Positions 1 to 12,693 of a stretch of DNA of 64,000 nucleotides are shown piece by piece; position 1 is the stretch's first letter, and each line of letters opens with the position of its first letter. The translations under genes and the position numbers were made by a program. The DNA is from Eledone cirrhosa (taxonomy: Eukaryota): positions 235,662,001 through 235,726,000 of the forward strand of contig OZ024740.1 in the NCBI GenBank assembly GCA_964016885.1, read 5' to 3'. The notes below the pieces were generated by a model, which did not search any database, was not told the DNA's origin, and saw only the letters and a list, made by a program, of their open reading frames with translations.

Positions 1-290
1 AAGAGACTGTATGGTGTGTTAGTGGTATGTTAGTGGTGTGATGTTGTATGGTAGTAAAGGTAGAGGACCTATAGTGACTAAAGAGACTGTATAGTGTGTT
101 AGTGATGTGATGTTGTATGGTAGAGGGCCTATAGTGACTAAAGAGACTGTATAGTGTGTTAGTGGTGTGATGTTGTATGGCAGTGGACCTGCAATGATTA
201 AAAAAACTGTATGGCGTATGTCAGTGGTTTGAAATATAGCAATGAAGATGGATGACTGGAGCTAACTGGAGAAACTGTATGGTATATGGA
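1..290. repeat. Degenerate ~60-bp minisatellite (AAGAGACTGTATAGTGTGTTAGTGGTGTGATGTTGTATGG...)
   Basis: Unit starts visible at 1, 81, 141 and 201, with decreasing identity. Confidence 0.8.
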
Positions 291-664
291 TCATCATCAC
301 AATAATAAAAAAATATTGATGCTTTAAAGATTTAAATTGGAGTTTCAGTTTTAAAACTATTTTTCAATTAAGACCCCCCCCAATCCATCCACATATCTGT
401 TATGAACACATTATCTTTATTGATTTCAAATTTCAAGCAAAACAAAAGATGGCTGAATTGAAAATCCTTAAACAAGATCAGGATACATAGTGAATGTTAA
501 CTACTTGTACTGAGAATTGTTTTATAGAGGGGATAAGTGCATACACACACATGCAGTGATTCATGCAACATAACATATAGCACTAACATTAATGTATACA
601 CAGATAATAATATATCATCATCATCATTTTACGTCCGCTTTAAAATGATGATGATGATGATGAT

Positions 665-855
665 GCGGTGGATTGGCAGTATCGGTAGAGAGTCGGACGC
701 CATGCTTTCCAGCATAGTTACGTCCCTTTACAGTCTGAGTTCAAATCCCGCCAAGGTTAACTTTGCCTTTCATCCTTACAGGGGTCGATAAAATAAAGTA
801 CCAGTAATGCACTGGGTAATTGCTGGCCTTGTGCCTAAAGTAGAAACAATTATTA
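665..855 (+). mobile_element. tRNA-derived SINE, family A (young copy)
   Basis: Box A-like TGGCAGTATCGG, box B GTTCAAATCC, conserved body GCCTTTCATCCTTAC.GGGTCGATAAAATAAAGTACCAG and (ATT)n tail; more than 10 copies in the window. Confidence 0.9.
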
Positions 856-860
856 CATTC

Positions 861-1214
861 ATATATATAGATACACACACATATATATACACACATATAT
901 ATAGATACACACATATATATATATACACATCCATATATATAGATACACACATATATATATATAGATACACACATATATATAGATACACACACATATATAT
1001 AGATACACACACATATATATATATACACACATATATATAGATACACACACATATATATAGATACACATCCATATATATATATACACACATATATATAGAT
1101 ACACATCCATATATATATATACACACATATATATAGATACACCTCCATATATATATATACACACATATATATAGATACACACATATATATAGATACACTT
1201 CCATATATATAGAT

Positions 1215-1289
<75 letters not shown>

Positions 1290-2433
1290 TATAGATACAC
1301 ACATATATATATATATATAGATACACATCCATATATATAGATACACACATATATATAGATACACACATATATATAGATACACATCCATATATATAGATAC
1401 ACACATATATATATATATACACACATATATATAGATACACATCCATATATATAGATACACACATGTATATAGATACACACATATATATAGATACACACAT
1501 ATATATAGATACACACATATATATATAGATACACATCCATATATATAGACACACATATATATATAGATACACATCCATATATATAGATACACACATATAT
1601 ATATATACACATCCATATAGATACACACATATATATATATAGATACACACATATATATAGATACACACACATATATATAGATACACACACATATATATAG
1701 ATACACACATATATATAGATACACACACATATATATAGATACACATCCATATATATATATACACACATATATATAGATACACATCCATATATATATATAC
1801 ACACATATATATATAGATACACCTCCATATATATATATACACACATATATATAGATACACACATATATATATAGATACACACATGTATATATAGATACAC
1901 ATCCATATATATAGATACACATCCATATATATAGATACACATCCATATATATATATACACACATATATATATAGAGATACACATCCATATATATAGATAC
2001 ACACATATATAGATACACACATATATATAGATACACACATATATATAGATACACACATGTATAGATACACACATATATAGATACACACACATATATAGAT
2101 ACACACATATATATAGATACACACATATATATAGATACACATCCATATATATAGATACACACACACATATATATAGATACACATCCATATATATATATAC
2201 ACACATATATATAGATACACATCCATATATATAGATACACATCCATATATATAGATACACACATATATATAGATACACACATATATATATAGATACACAC
2301 ATATATATAGATACACACATATATATAGATACACATCCATATATATATAGATACACACATATATATAGATACACGCATATATATAGATACACACATATAT
2401 ATAGATACACATCCATATATATAGATACACACA
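861..2433. repeat. Compound microsatellite/minisatellite array of ~20-24 bp units (AT)n-AGAT-(AC)n with ACACATCCAT variants
   Basis: Read directly; explains the three overlapping C/V/Y/I/M-rich minus-strand ORFs. Confidence 0.95.
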
Positions 2434-2439
2434 TCTTGA

Positions 2440-3350
2440 AAGATATAATCTTAAATGCCATATTCCCCAAAGGTCAGAATCCCTAAAAGTTGTAACTCTG
2501 AAAGATTGAAATTTCCAAAGTTTGTAATGAATCCCTTATAAAGGTAAGACTATATTCAGTGTTATGCAAGTGATATAGCTTCAAACCCACAGGTTTGATT
2601 TGTGGTTTAAATTAATTGAATTAGTTGGTTCCTCATATATTGACAATGCATTCCTTTGAGTAAGTCTAACCACTAAGCTGCCATCTGCTACTTTTCTTTC
2701 AAAAATATTTCACTAAACTGCTTATTTCTATATTGAGCAAGCTGTTGCTGCTCCCACTCTTTCTTTAACAGACGCTTCACATTTTTCTTCTGCAGTCAAA
2801 TACACAGGTATCAAAGTAGATAGATTTTTTTTTATATTTACCACTAAATTTGACATAGAGAAACTGTCAGCCTAGGTATCACTTGGTGTAATGGATGACA
2901 CTTTCAAAATTGTTCTGACTATATTTTATCAACTGTATGCTATTCATGTTACTATTGGATTTGAACATTTTAGAACTTTTCCTCTAGTTTATATATTAAT
3001 GGATGGAAAAAGTGAAGCACTTTATAAATGCTTATTTGATTATTTAGTGGATATTGTTGAAGAAAATGGATTGTAATTGAATCGGCAAACCATAATGATA
3101 GATTTGGAACTGGGTACAACCGAGGTTTCTAAAGGTAAATGTTAAGGCGTTATCAATAAATTTTGTTTTTTTCCACTTATACCAATGCATTTAGCAGAAA
3201 AGTCAGATAATATTGACTATGAGATATGGCAATGATGAAAATTTCCATTGAAAATCCTGCTATTTGTCTGCATTGGCATTCTATCTAACTGAGGAGATTC
3301 CAAAAGCTTTTAATGAATTAAAGCTTTGTTTACTCAAAGAAGCTAAACTT
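2440..3350 (+). mobile_element. Decayed MULE (Mutator-like) DNA transposon with transposase remnant
   Basis: ORF 2891-3076 MDDTFKIVLTIFYQLYAIH...FPLVYILM..K...Y, followed across stops by IMIDLE and CFFH; matches MULE DDE-domain motifs (DGTF..P..F.QLY.IH, PLVY.L, DFE, CFFH). Confidence 0.8.
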
Positions 3351-3352
3351 AT

Positions 3353-3460
3353 TACCATATATACTTAAATATAAGCTGACCTCCAACTATATTTTTTGAG
3401 AAATGGGCAAAAGTTCCAACCCTGTGTATATAAGCCAAGGCAGTTAATCAACACATTATT
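3353..3460. mobile_element. pogo/Tc2-like DNA transposon terminal fragment
   Basis: TACCATATATACTTAAATATAAGCTG resembles the TIRs of the MITEs at 33216 and 49696. Confidence 0.5.
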
Positions 3461-4656
3461 TTTAGATGGTGTGGTTTTGAACTTCTCATGAGTGGAGAAT
3501 ATATTTATGAAGTTTTAATATTTTGATATTTAAAATATTTTAAGTGTTGTTTAGAGAATAGTTTTTGTTTCACAACTCAATGATTTTTTTACCATTTCGT
3601 CTATTTTATAAAGTTTCAACAAGTTTCTCAAATTTTGTTTACTTCCAGCTATTCAAATGCTGGAACTATTTTGCTTTTTTTAGCCGACAACAGTAGCGGC
3701 ATCGCCAGAATATAACAGATTTTTATTTCATATACACATTGAATGAAATGCTTGCCTTAAAAAACATGGAAACAATTTAATATTGTAGCTTTAGGTAGAT
3801 TTTTACAATTACTCATGTCTCACACCAGTATGTCTCTTCACACAATTAACTAAATGATTTAATATTCAACACTGATGTAATTTTGAAGAAAATAATATTT
3901 TTCTTTATTAGTTCATTTGTACACTCAGTCGATTTCAATTTTTTAAAAACCATGTAGGCTGGTTAAAATTTTTTTTACTCAGTCAGATTATTACTTGAAA
4001 ATCACTAAAATTTGATATGTTATTAGTCTACCCTTTTACCCCATAGAGATATATTTTGGGGTTAAGGTATTGTTTCTCTTTTTTTAATGTTCTCATTTAA
4101 AACACTTGGGGGTGATCAAAACTATGTGCAAGGAGACATAACAAATAGGGAATAGTTGAAAGAAAGAGATAGACCAAGAGAACATTGTATAAGAATTCAG
4201 AGTAGAATGAGGAAGGAGAGACAGTCAGTGAAAGGAGAGACAGAGCAATAAAAAGAGAGGGTGAGAGCAGAAGAAGGGAGAGAGAGTGAGAGCAATAAAA
4301 TATAAGACAGAAGTAAGATTAAAAGGAAAAGTATAATTAAGTCACAGAGAAAAACAGTTGATGCACATATGTGCATTTATGTGTGTGTGCATGCGCAAGC
4401 ATGTATGTGTAGGAGATATTTTTGTATAAAAGTTTGTTGGGAATGTTCACAATGGAATGCAAAAGCAAAAACCACCCATGATGATGTAGTAAATGTAGAA
4501 AAACTATATCATTGTAAAATAATCACTCCAGATATTTTAGCATAATATTTACGTAGAATTTGAAGTTAGAGAAAACCACAAAAGTATTGCTGAATAAATC
4601 ATTATACCATCGATATTTTTTGTTACATATTTCTCGGCTTATATACATGTATATAT

Positions 4657-4992
4657 GGAGGCACATGGCTTAGTGGTTAGAGCATTGGCCTTGCAATCGA
4701 AAGGTTGTGAGTTCATTTCTCAGACCGGGTGATGTGTTGTGTCCTTGAGCAAGGCACTTTATTTCACATTGCTCCAGTTTACTCAGCTGTAGAAATGAGA
4801 TGATAGGGACTGGGGTCCATATCATTCCACTGCAAAGTGGTCGTGGAGGTGCCACGGCAAAAAAAAAGCACCCAGCACTCACTGAAAATGAGGTTGGTGT
4901 TAGGAAGGGCATCCAGCTGTAGAAATCAAGCCAGAATCAGTTCCCGTCCCACCCTTGCAAGCAGGGAAAAGTGGATGTAAAATGAAAAATGA
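4657..4992 (+). mobile_element. Composite tRNA-derived SINE, family B (CORE-like body, RTE-derived 3' part)
   Basis: Head GGCTTAGTGGTTAGAGC...GAGTTC, CORE-like GTGTCCTTGAGCAAGGCACTT, 3' part shared with RTE 3'UTRs; near-identical copies at 23337 and 28407. Confidence 0.85.
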
Positions 4993-5539
4993 AATGAAAT
5001 ATGCGATGTACTTGACAGGAGGGTAGCCAAAGGCAGAAAGATGTAACAACATTAATGCCCCCTGCCAACCCCTTCCATCTCCCTCTCTCTTGATAGCTAA
5101 CCCCACTTAGTCTTTCTCCTTGCACACTTGATCTTCCCACTACCCCATCTTAATTGTCACCTACTAACCTAGTCTTCCCCCACCCACCTAGTTTTCCTCT
5201 CACTCATCTAGCCTTCCCCCTTACACACATGATCTGCCCTCCCCTTCCCCTCACCCCATTCACATCTTGATTCTTTCATCCCTATCCAAAACTTGCCACA
5301 GTGTACTGCCGATGCAGCTCACCCACTCTCTCTTTCCAAGACCACCCCCACAACTTAACACTTACTATTTCCTTACTCACATCTCTGAAATCCCATGTCC
5401 CCATCCAACCATGTCAACATGGAAACCCTGGCACACCCCATATCGTACTGCCATATGTCACTTACTCTCTTTAAGGCTCCCCCAATCTTCTCATCTTCCC
5501 ATTCTCTATCACTGCTCTCCTAGCCTGGCTAAGGACACG

Positions 5540-5880
5540 AGCTCTAGTGTTGAAAAGTGGTAGAGCTGGTACTCCAATAAAATGTACTCAGCCCACTCTG
5601 TAAAGTGGTAGTGCTGATACCATAATAAAATAAACCCAGACCACAGTGTAAAGTGGTAAATCTGGTGCCACAATAAAATGTATCCAGTCCACCCTGTCAG
5701 GTGATAGTAACAGTGCCACAATAAAATGTACCCAGTCCACCTGGCAGGTGAGAGTGGCAGCTCCACAATAAAATGTATCCAGTCCACCCTGTCAGGTGAT
5801 AGAGGCAGTACTACAATAAAATGTACCCAGTCTACCCTGTCAGGTGATAGTAGCAGTGCCACAATAAAATGTATCTGGTG
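5540..5880 (+). repeat. ~48-bp tandem array (about 7 units) derived from the RTE/SINE 3'UTR module
   Basis: CACAATAAAATGTATCCAGTCCACCCTGTCAGGTGATAG recurs every 47-48 bp. Confidence 0.85.
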
Positions 5881-6039
5881 CATGCTGTGAAATGGTTGAC
5901 ATTAGGAATGGAACATATTAGCAAGACACAGTCATCTGACCTGTCTAGTTTCAGAACATAGCCTGTCTCAACCATGCAAGCAATGAAAATAGACATGCAA
6001 GCATATATGTATAAGTACATAGACTTAACAATTGATCTC

Positions 6040-6600
6040 CACGTGGGTCTGTTGTTCATTGCTGTTGCCAAGTCCTGGATTTCAATACCAGAATCTCTGG
6101 AGATGACATCGTGATAGGAGAGCTTGCGCCCCCTGTTATTAGTGACTGCTAGTGGTTTTCAAAGCCATAATGGGGACACAGCCTCATAGGTGGCACGATG
6201 GCAGTGGCCAGCAAATCTTACTCTCCATTTATGTACAACGACAGATATGCATGGGAGGCTGGCATATATCTCTCTCAAAGTCAGATGTCGCCAGCTTATG
6301 TGCTGAATGCGGTGAAGCAGGCGAGTGTAAGTGCCATCAAGGTGCTTTTGTTGTTTGGATGAAAGCATCCATGTTTCACTCCCATATAGCAAGATTGGTT
6401 GAATTGTTACTTGGAAGAGTCTGATCTTGGTGTGGCTGGAAAGATTTGAGCGCCGAACTCGATCCATCTTGTTGCAAGCTGATTATTCTTGGGCCATTCT
6501 GGTGATGAAATCCTTCTCAGAGTCCATGATCCAGGACCCAAGATACTTGAAATCTTCAAATTGCTTGATATCACTGCCGTATACTGAGGTATACTGGCGC
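6040..6600 (-). mobile_element. RTE-type LINE 3' remnant (post-RT region)
   Basis: FKYLGS-like motif, KIRLFQVTIQPILLYGSETW and RVRFAGHCHR; frameshifted. Confidence 0.8.
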
Positions 6601-7099
6601 ACACACACATACATAATGCAAATAATTAGGTGCTAATTAATCTATAATTATCAGGTGCTTGTCTATGCAACTCGTTGATGATAATGATGTTTATGGTGAT
6701 TGTAATGATGATGGTATTGGTTTAGTTGTTATGATAAGTGTGGTGATGGTAATGATGTTGGTAATCATCATCATCATCATAATCACCGTTAAACGTCCAT
6801 TTTTCCATACTTGCATGGGTCAGACAGGTCGTCTGCATTGAGAGTCAAGTTTGACCAGGATTGGCCACACTGTACCTTGCTCTGATGTGACTGCAAATTT
6901 GGCAGCTGGATGCTCCCCTTCCTAACACTAACCACATGTTAGTGGTAATTATGATGTTGTTGATGATTGTACTCAGAACCTTTTACAAGTAGAACAAGAC
7001 TGCTTTCGGGGCCTGTGGGTGGGTAAGATCTCTTAAAATTCAAGAAGTCTGACATTTTTTTTTAAAGATAGGCCAGACATTCACATATATGCCTCCTTA

Positions 7100-8090
7100 T
7101 AACTAATGTACTGGTTGAACCCTATTTTTATAAGCTCAGGTTGTAGTGGTATGATTATTTCCAGCCTTTGCACATCCTTTGCATTCAATACCCATATGTG
7201 CTACCATATGATATTGCATATCATGAACAAATATCATAGAATCTACACTTCACTTGGAGAGAGAAGCATTGTTTATCAGTGGAGGTAATAGCTCTGTAAA
7301 CTTTTTTTCCATCTTATTCATGCTCTCTCTACAATACTTTTGGAACATCACCCTTGGCCACTGAAGTAACAAAAACTATCACGTTTTTCTAGGGAGCACT
7401 CAGAGCATTCAAAAGAATTTATTTTCTGAGTGCTTTTACTGCTAATTACTCTTGTGCTTCTGTTATATATAAAGGCCTCCTTCTCTGTCTGTGATCCCAC
7501 TGCATCTCTTGTTCACTCAGTTTACATTAGGTACACTGTTTGGCATCTCTATCTATTTCTTTTCTGCATATCAAGCACAGTCACTGCCTAGATATCTTTA
7601 GTGTCATATAATTATAGTTTTTGCTTCCATATTTGCAAGTTTTTCACCAATTCTTTTTTATAAATTCAACTTTGAGAACTAGGGCATCAGCATATAGAAG
7701 TTCCCATCGACAGCTGGTTTTAAACTTCTCTGCTATGTCTAGAAAACTATAATAAACAAGAGGCAGGGTTGAGAACTGAGACCTGATGGACACCTATCTG
7801 CATGCTAAATTCCTCATTGAATTTGTTGCTAACTTGCACCATGTTGACAGCATCTATACATGGCTTGCATGGCTCTTTATGCTTTTTATGTATGCCTAGT
7901 TTTCTTAGTAACTACCCAGACCTTTTCAGGTACACAAATGTTCAATGTAGTGGCTAAATCTTTTCTTAGAACTCCTATAGTTGTTTTACTGGGAAGAGGG
8001 CATTAGAAATCCTTGTTCTGGTACAAACTCAAACTGCATCACATCTAAAGTTAATTTTCTTCCTGATCAATTGTCCTATAACTGTTTCTT
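7100..8090 (-). mobile_element. Highly decayed RTE LINE RT remnant
   Basis: Similar to 42700-43140 (GVHQ-SVL-P and WELLYAD motifs read on the minus strand near 7690-7800). Confidence 0.65.
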
Positions 8091-8361
8091 TATTCACAGT
8101 AGCAGTAACATTATGTGATTTGTAATAGAGGTGTATATAAAGGTGACACTTTATTTAATGTTGTGAAGGGCCAGCCTTATCACATTCTGTGTCAGGTTGA
8201 ATCTCTCTAAAAACTATGTTAAGATTATGTGTCTGTGGAATGCTCAATCACTTGTATGTTAATTTCATGAACAGGCTATTTCATTGATCATATCAACTGG
8301 AACACTCATCGTAAGCAACAGAGTGCCATTAAAAAAATATATATTTATGTATAATAACATA

Positions 8362-8540
8362 TATGTCTTGCTACATGGACACACTAGAAGAGGAAGACCA
8401 AGGTTGACGTATGTTGATGCCCTAAGGACAGACACTGGTCTGTTGGAGATGCAGGACATGGCAGCGATAATGAGGGACAGAGACCGCTGGAGAGAACTCG
8501 TCCATGGATCTCGGGAATTTTACCCGCCTTAGATAGATAG
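8362..8540 (+). mobile_element. RTE-type LINE extreme 3' end
   Basis: HGHTRRGRPRLTYVDAL..DTGL...RDRDRWRELV, the typical RTE C-terminus, followed by a short (TAGA)n tail. Confidence 0.75.
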
Positions 8541-9048
8541 ATGTCTTACTTAAAACAGCCATAGCAAGACATATATATATATATATGATTATTGTACATA
8601 AACATATTGTATATGCCTTCACATACACCTCTATTATAATTGTTTCTGTTAAGTTCATAACCTGACTGTCATGTAGTTTGATATACCTCTGCTGTTGTTT
8701 CTTTCTAGATGATACTACTCTACAAGTCATTTGAATTGATCTCTTCTTATACTATGTGATTGACTATACACAGGTCTAGTGTGTGCTCTACTTTGTCAGA
8801 TATTTTCAGCATCTCAGTAATAGGTTCTGATAGTCTGGCCATGTAATGGTCAACTTTCATCTTTCTAGGATCATTGAAATAATGTACCAGTCATGCACTG
8901 AGGTCAGTTTATGTTTCTATAATGCTTTCTAGTTGTAATTGGAAGAATAATAGAAGAGCAGGTGGTTCCTTTCCCTACTAAAATGATTCCTTGTGTTGAT
9001 GTTAGAAATTTAATATCATCATCATCATCATTATTATTATTAGGTGAA

Positions 9049-9248
9049 GGGCAGTGAATTGGCAGCATCGGTAGAGCGCCAGACACCATGCTTTACAGCA
9101 GAGAGTTATGGCCCTTTGCGTTCTGAGTTCAAATCCCGCCGAGGTTAACTTTGCCTTTCATCCTTACGGGATCGATAAAATAAAGTACCAGTAATGCTCT
9201 GGGGTAATTGCTGGCCTTGTGCCAAAAGTAGAAACAATTATTATTATT
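9049..9248 (+). mobile_element. SINE family A copy
   Basis: Same box A/B, body and (ATT)n tail as 665-855. Confidence 0.9.
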
Positions 9249-9249
9249 G

Positions 9250-9495
9250 CCATTAGTCTTACTTTTATTGTATGTCATTACCTCATTACTGAGCACAAAT
9301 CTGTGTTCCTTGGTGTTGTTTCTACAGTTTTGACAGTTCTCTTCATAATATGTGTGTACAGTTTCCAGTAGTGCTATTTTCTGTATGCTGTATATACTTG
9401 CAAGTCCTGGGGGTTTGATTAAGTATCTGTATAGGTGCTTGTTTTTTTATCATTTCCAGTGCATCTATTATTAGAGGGATTGTTTCTGTTTTCAT
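9250..9495 (-). mobile_element. Old RLE-type (Dong-like) LINE 3' end, second family
   Basis: Minus-strand IP..IDALG...IQKIALLET-like C-terminus; related 3'UTR pieces at 10610-10740 and 17460-17640. Confidence 0.55.
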
Positions 9496-9674
9496 CATCC
9501 TCATTCATCATCGTTTTTATGTTAACTTTTCCATGCTTGTATGGGTTGGATGGGATCCTTTGAGGTTTTACATCTAGATGCCCTTCCTGACACTACCACT
9601 TTTAGTTGCTTTTTAGGATGCGCAAAGATACAGTGTATCTATTCTAAATTGGATATACATGGCCTAATATTGTT

Positions 9675-9870
9675 GGTGGGTTGGCAGTATCGGTAGAGGG
9701 TTAGACGCCATGCTTTCCAGCACAGAGTTACGTCCCTTTATGGACTGAATTCAAATCCCGCCGAGGTTAACTTTGCCTTTCATCCTTACGGGGGTCGATA
9801 AAATGAAGTACCAGTAATGTACTGGGTAATTTGCTGGCCTTGTGTCAAAAGTAGAAACAATTATTATTAT
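9675..9870 (+). mobile_element. SINE family A copy
   Basis: Same architecture as 665-855. Confidence 0.9.
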
Positions 9871-9871
9871 C

Positions 9872-10350
9872 ATGAATTTGATATCTCAATCAGTGATGTT
9901 ATTTAACCGGAAAATTTGCCTGTATGAATATCAAGCTGCTACCTGCAACCTCAAATTTCAGGACGTATTGGAAGTATTTGAAGTGTTCTATAAAAGGGGG
10001 TTGGGCTAATGTTCTTTAACCATCCTTGAAAACTCTTTGAGACAATACCTAGTGCTCCTATGATGATGAGGATGACCTTGATCTCATGACAGTCCCAAAT
10101 CCTTTTCAGTTCTCACTTTAGATCCTAGTATCGGATAATTTTCTCCTTTTCCTTTTCTTGCACTCTTATGTCAAAAGGGCAAGCTAGATCTATAATCAAG
10201 CAAGATCTTTTTTCATGTCAAAAACCACCAAGTCAGGCCTATTGTGTTCTAATTCTTTATGTTTATATCCTGAAATCCCACTCCACCTTAACCAGATAAT
10301 TTTCTATCATTGACTCTGGGTTATGCTCATAGCACTTCTCAGAGTGGGGT
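9872..10350 (-). mobile_element. Decayed Dong/R4 LINE 3' fragment (RLE domain and 3'UTR)
   Basis: Colinear similarity to 54390-54900 (e.g. TTCAGGACGTAT, CTTGCACTCT..TGTC). Confidence 0.75.
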
Positions 10351-10392
10351 AAATTATTATTATTATTATTATTATTAGGGGTGGGGGTGGGG

Positions 10393-10612
10393 GGTGGATT
10401 GGCAATATCGATAGAACGTTGACAACATGCTTTGTGGTATTGAGTTACAGCCCTTTATGTTCTGAGTTCAAATCCCATTGAAGTTAGCTTTGCCTTTCAT
10501 CCTTATCGTATTGATAAAATAAAGTACCAGTATCATACTGTGGTCGATTTAATCGACTTTCCCTTCTCCCAAAATCGTTCGCCTTGTGCTAAATCAGAAA
10601 TTATTATTATCA
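10393..10612 (+). mobile_element. SINE family A, older variant
   Basis: Box B GAGTTCAAATCCC and conserved body; longer 3' part. Confidence 0.8.
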
Positions 10613-10737
10613 TTAGTCTTATTTTTATTGCATATCATCCCTGCATTGCCAAGCACAGCAATGTGTGCCTTGGGTATGTCGAGTGTAGTTTTTGGTGTTG
10701 TTGTTACTATTGTATTGAGGATTACTTTCCGTAATAT

Positions 10738-10775
<38 letters not shown>

Positions 10776-11619
10776 ATGGCATGGGAATTTGCTGACTAAC
10801 TGACTAGGTCTCTGAAAATCAAATATGAAACTGCCAAATGTGTGATCACACACCTAAATCATATCTCCAAAGAGCCAAAGCTAACTGCATCTCAACTACA
10901 GCAAACAGAGGTCGCAGGAAAAAAAAAAAAAAGAAACATTTTCTTAGATGTCACCATCGTTATCCAGAACTTTTTGAAGTTCCAATTAGTCTTCTATTAT
11001 GTTAAACTGAAAAGAAAAATATGATTTCTAACTGTAAAAGAAGTAAAGATATAAAATATACAACATCTATGAAACGATGATTATAACGAACAGAAATAGG
11101 AGTAATTTCAGACGGTGTTTCGTAATTTGATGTTTCAAAGAGACTCAAGAATCTAAGTTGTTGCATATTTTTACTAATCTTACTTTTAACCAATATTAAA
11201 ATATGCCTGAAGAAATCTTATTTGAATCTGATAAAAATAGCTCTTTATACATTCAGTGCAGGTTTTTGAGCAAGGTCTGTACCTGACACAGATCAACACA
11301 GCTAATTGGTGAGCTATTGAATAGTAAAACATTGCACCAGGTGTAATTTGGTTTCTTGTATTAAATAGTTATTATGGAGAGGAGGAAAGGGTAAAACATT
11401 AAAAAAAGAAAACAAGAACAACACCGCATAAAAGAAACACAAAAAATAAACCTTGAAAGATCTTCCACTGTGTTAGTGATATATCAGTGATTTCATGTAG
11501 TAAATACAGTATTGCCCAGGTGAAAATCCAGCTAAGAAAGCCGTTTTTACTGAAGCAATACTTACTGTAAAAATGAGATTCTATAAGGATGTATATTTTA
11601 GATAAGACATTCACCAGGA

Positions 11620-12400
11620 CACAGTTTCTACAATTACAGTTGTCTCACAAGTCTATATATTCCCATGGCAATACATAAAACCCAGCGATGCATAGTTATT
11701 ATATAGTTATAGATTATAATTCTCACAGAAAGTCCTAGCTTCTACAGTCATTCATAGTTATTCCACAGTTAGAGTTCATTATTGTTACAGAAAGTCAGTT
11801 TTCACAGTAATTCATACTTATAGTCAATAATTCCAAAATAAGTCCTAGTTTCTACAGTATTAGAAAGTTATAGCTTACAATTCCCACAGCATGTTAAAAT
11901 TCACATATATAGCTATTGCTTATAATCCCCTCAGCAAATTATAGTTCCCACAGTGATACATAGTGGATGGAGGTAGATGAGTACATGGGGGAGGTAAGGG
12001 AGTAAGGTCAAACACAGAGGGTGGCAAACAGGAACTGTGGATCGATACATAAAAATCGCATTGGTTTCGTCTTTCACACAGGAATTGTAAACAAGGTTCT
12101 AAAAACCTTTGCTAAGTACAAACCACTACTTCCCTACAGACAAGTGGCGCTGCACACCAAGTCCGAACACTGAAGAGCCGAACTTCCACTTTCATCACCT
12201 CCATCTCTCTCGCTCTCCCCATCTCTATGTATAATGAACAAATGGGGTCCCACGTGGTGGCCACCCTATGGCCAATTTCCCCGGAGGGTGTTATACAACT
12301 CCCACATCAATACATATATTCAATTTCCACAATAAGTTATAGTTCCCACAGTGATACATAGTTGTGCTCTACAATTTCCACAGCTTCTTTCTATAACAAT
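11620..12400. repeat. Degenerate ~60-bp minisatellite (…AGTTCCCACAGTGATACATAG…) interrupted by a GC-richer block at ~11966-12300
   Basis: Recurrent CCACAG/CTACAG-ATACATAG-TTATAG motifs; exact TAGTTCCCACAGTGATACATAG at 11942 and 12340. Confidence 0.6.
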
Positions 12401-12485
12401 ACATTGTTGTAGACTATGAGCAGTAGTGCAGTGTAGGGATTGGTCACTTTATGCAATTGCCAAATTATCAGCCCCCCTTCCTTAA

Positions 12486-12693
12486 CCCTTGACCATTTAA
12501 ACCAGCCATATCCGGTCAGAGTTTTCTCACTTCCTTCTGTTCAAACCAGCTGTAACCAACCACTCATACTGATGTTAAGGTATTGTTCTCAAAATAAATA
12601 ATATCAAAATCTCATAAATTCAATATTATGTGAGATAAAACCTTTACTGCGAAAATACATTAGTAAATATAGAGTAATGTAAATGCTAAAGGG
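12486..12693. mobile_element. piggyBac-like MITE
   Basis: TTAA|CCCTT...AAGGG|TTAA termini; second copy in the opposite orientation at ~50544-50749. Confidence 0.75.

Noticed and set aside
665-760. tRNA gene-like A/B boxes here and in other SINE heads
   Set aside because: No cloverleaf; continuous with the SINE body and tail and present in many copies.
741-2470. Three 520-560 aa minus-strand ORFs
   Set aside because: Translations of a stop-free compound microsatellite; open in all three frames with only low-complexity residues.
11002-11614. Two hydrophobic minus-strand ORFs as terminal coding exons
   Set aside because: The splice phases do not join into one frame and there is no recognisable domain; hydrophobicity is expected from T-rich DNA.
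12168-12190. CTGAAGAGCCGAAC as a hammerhead core
   Set aside because: No GAAA, no stem II and no closing stems.
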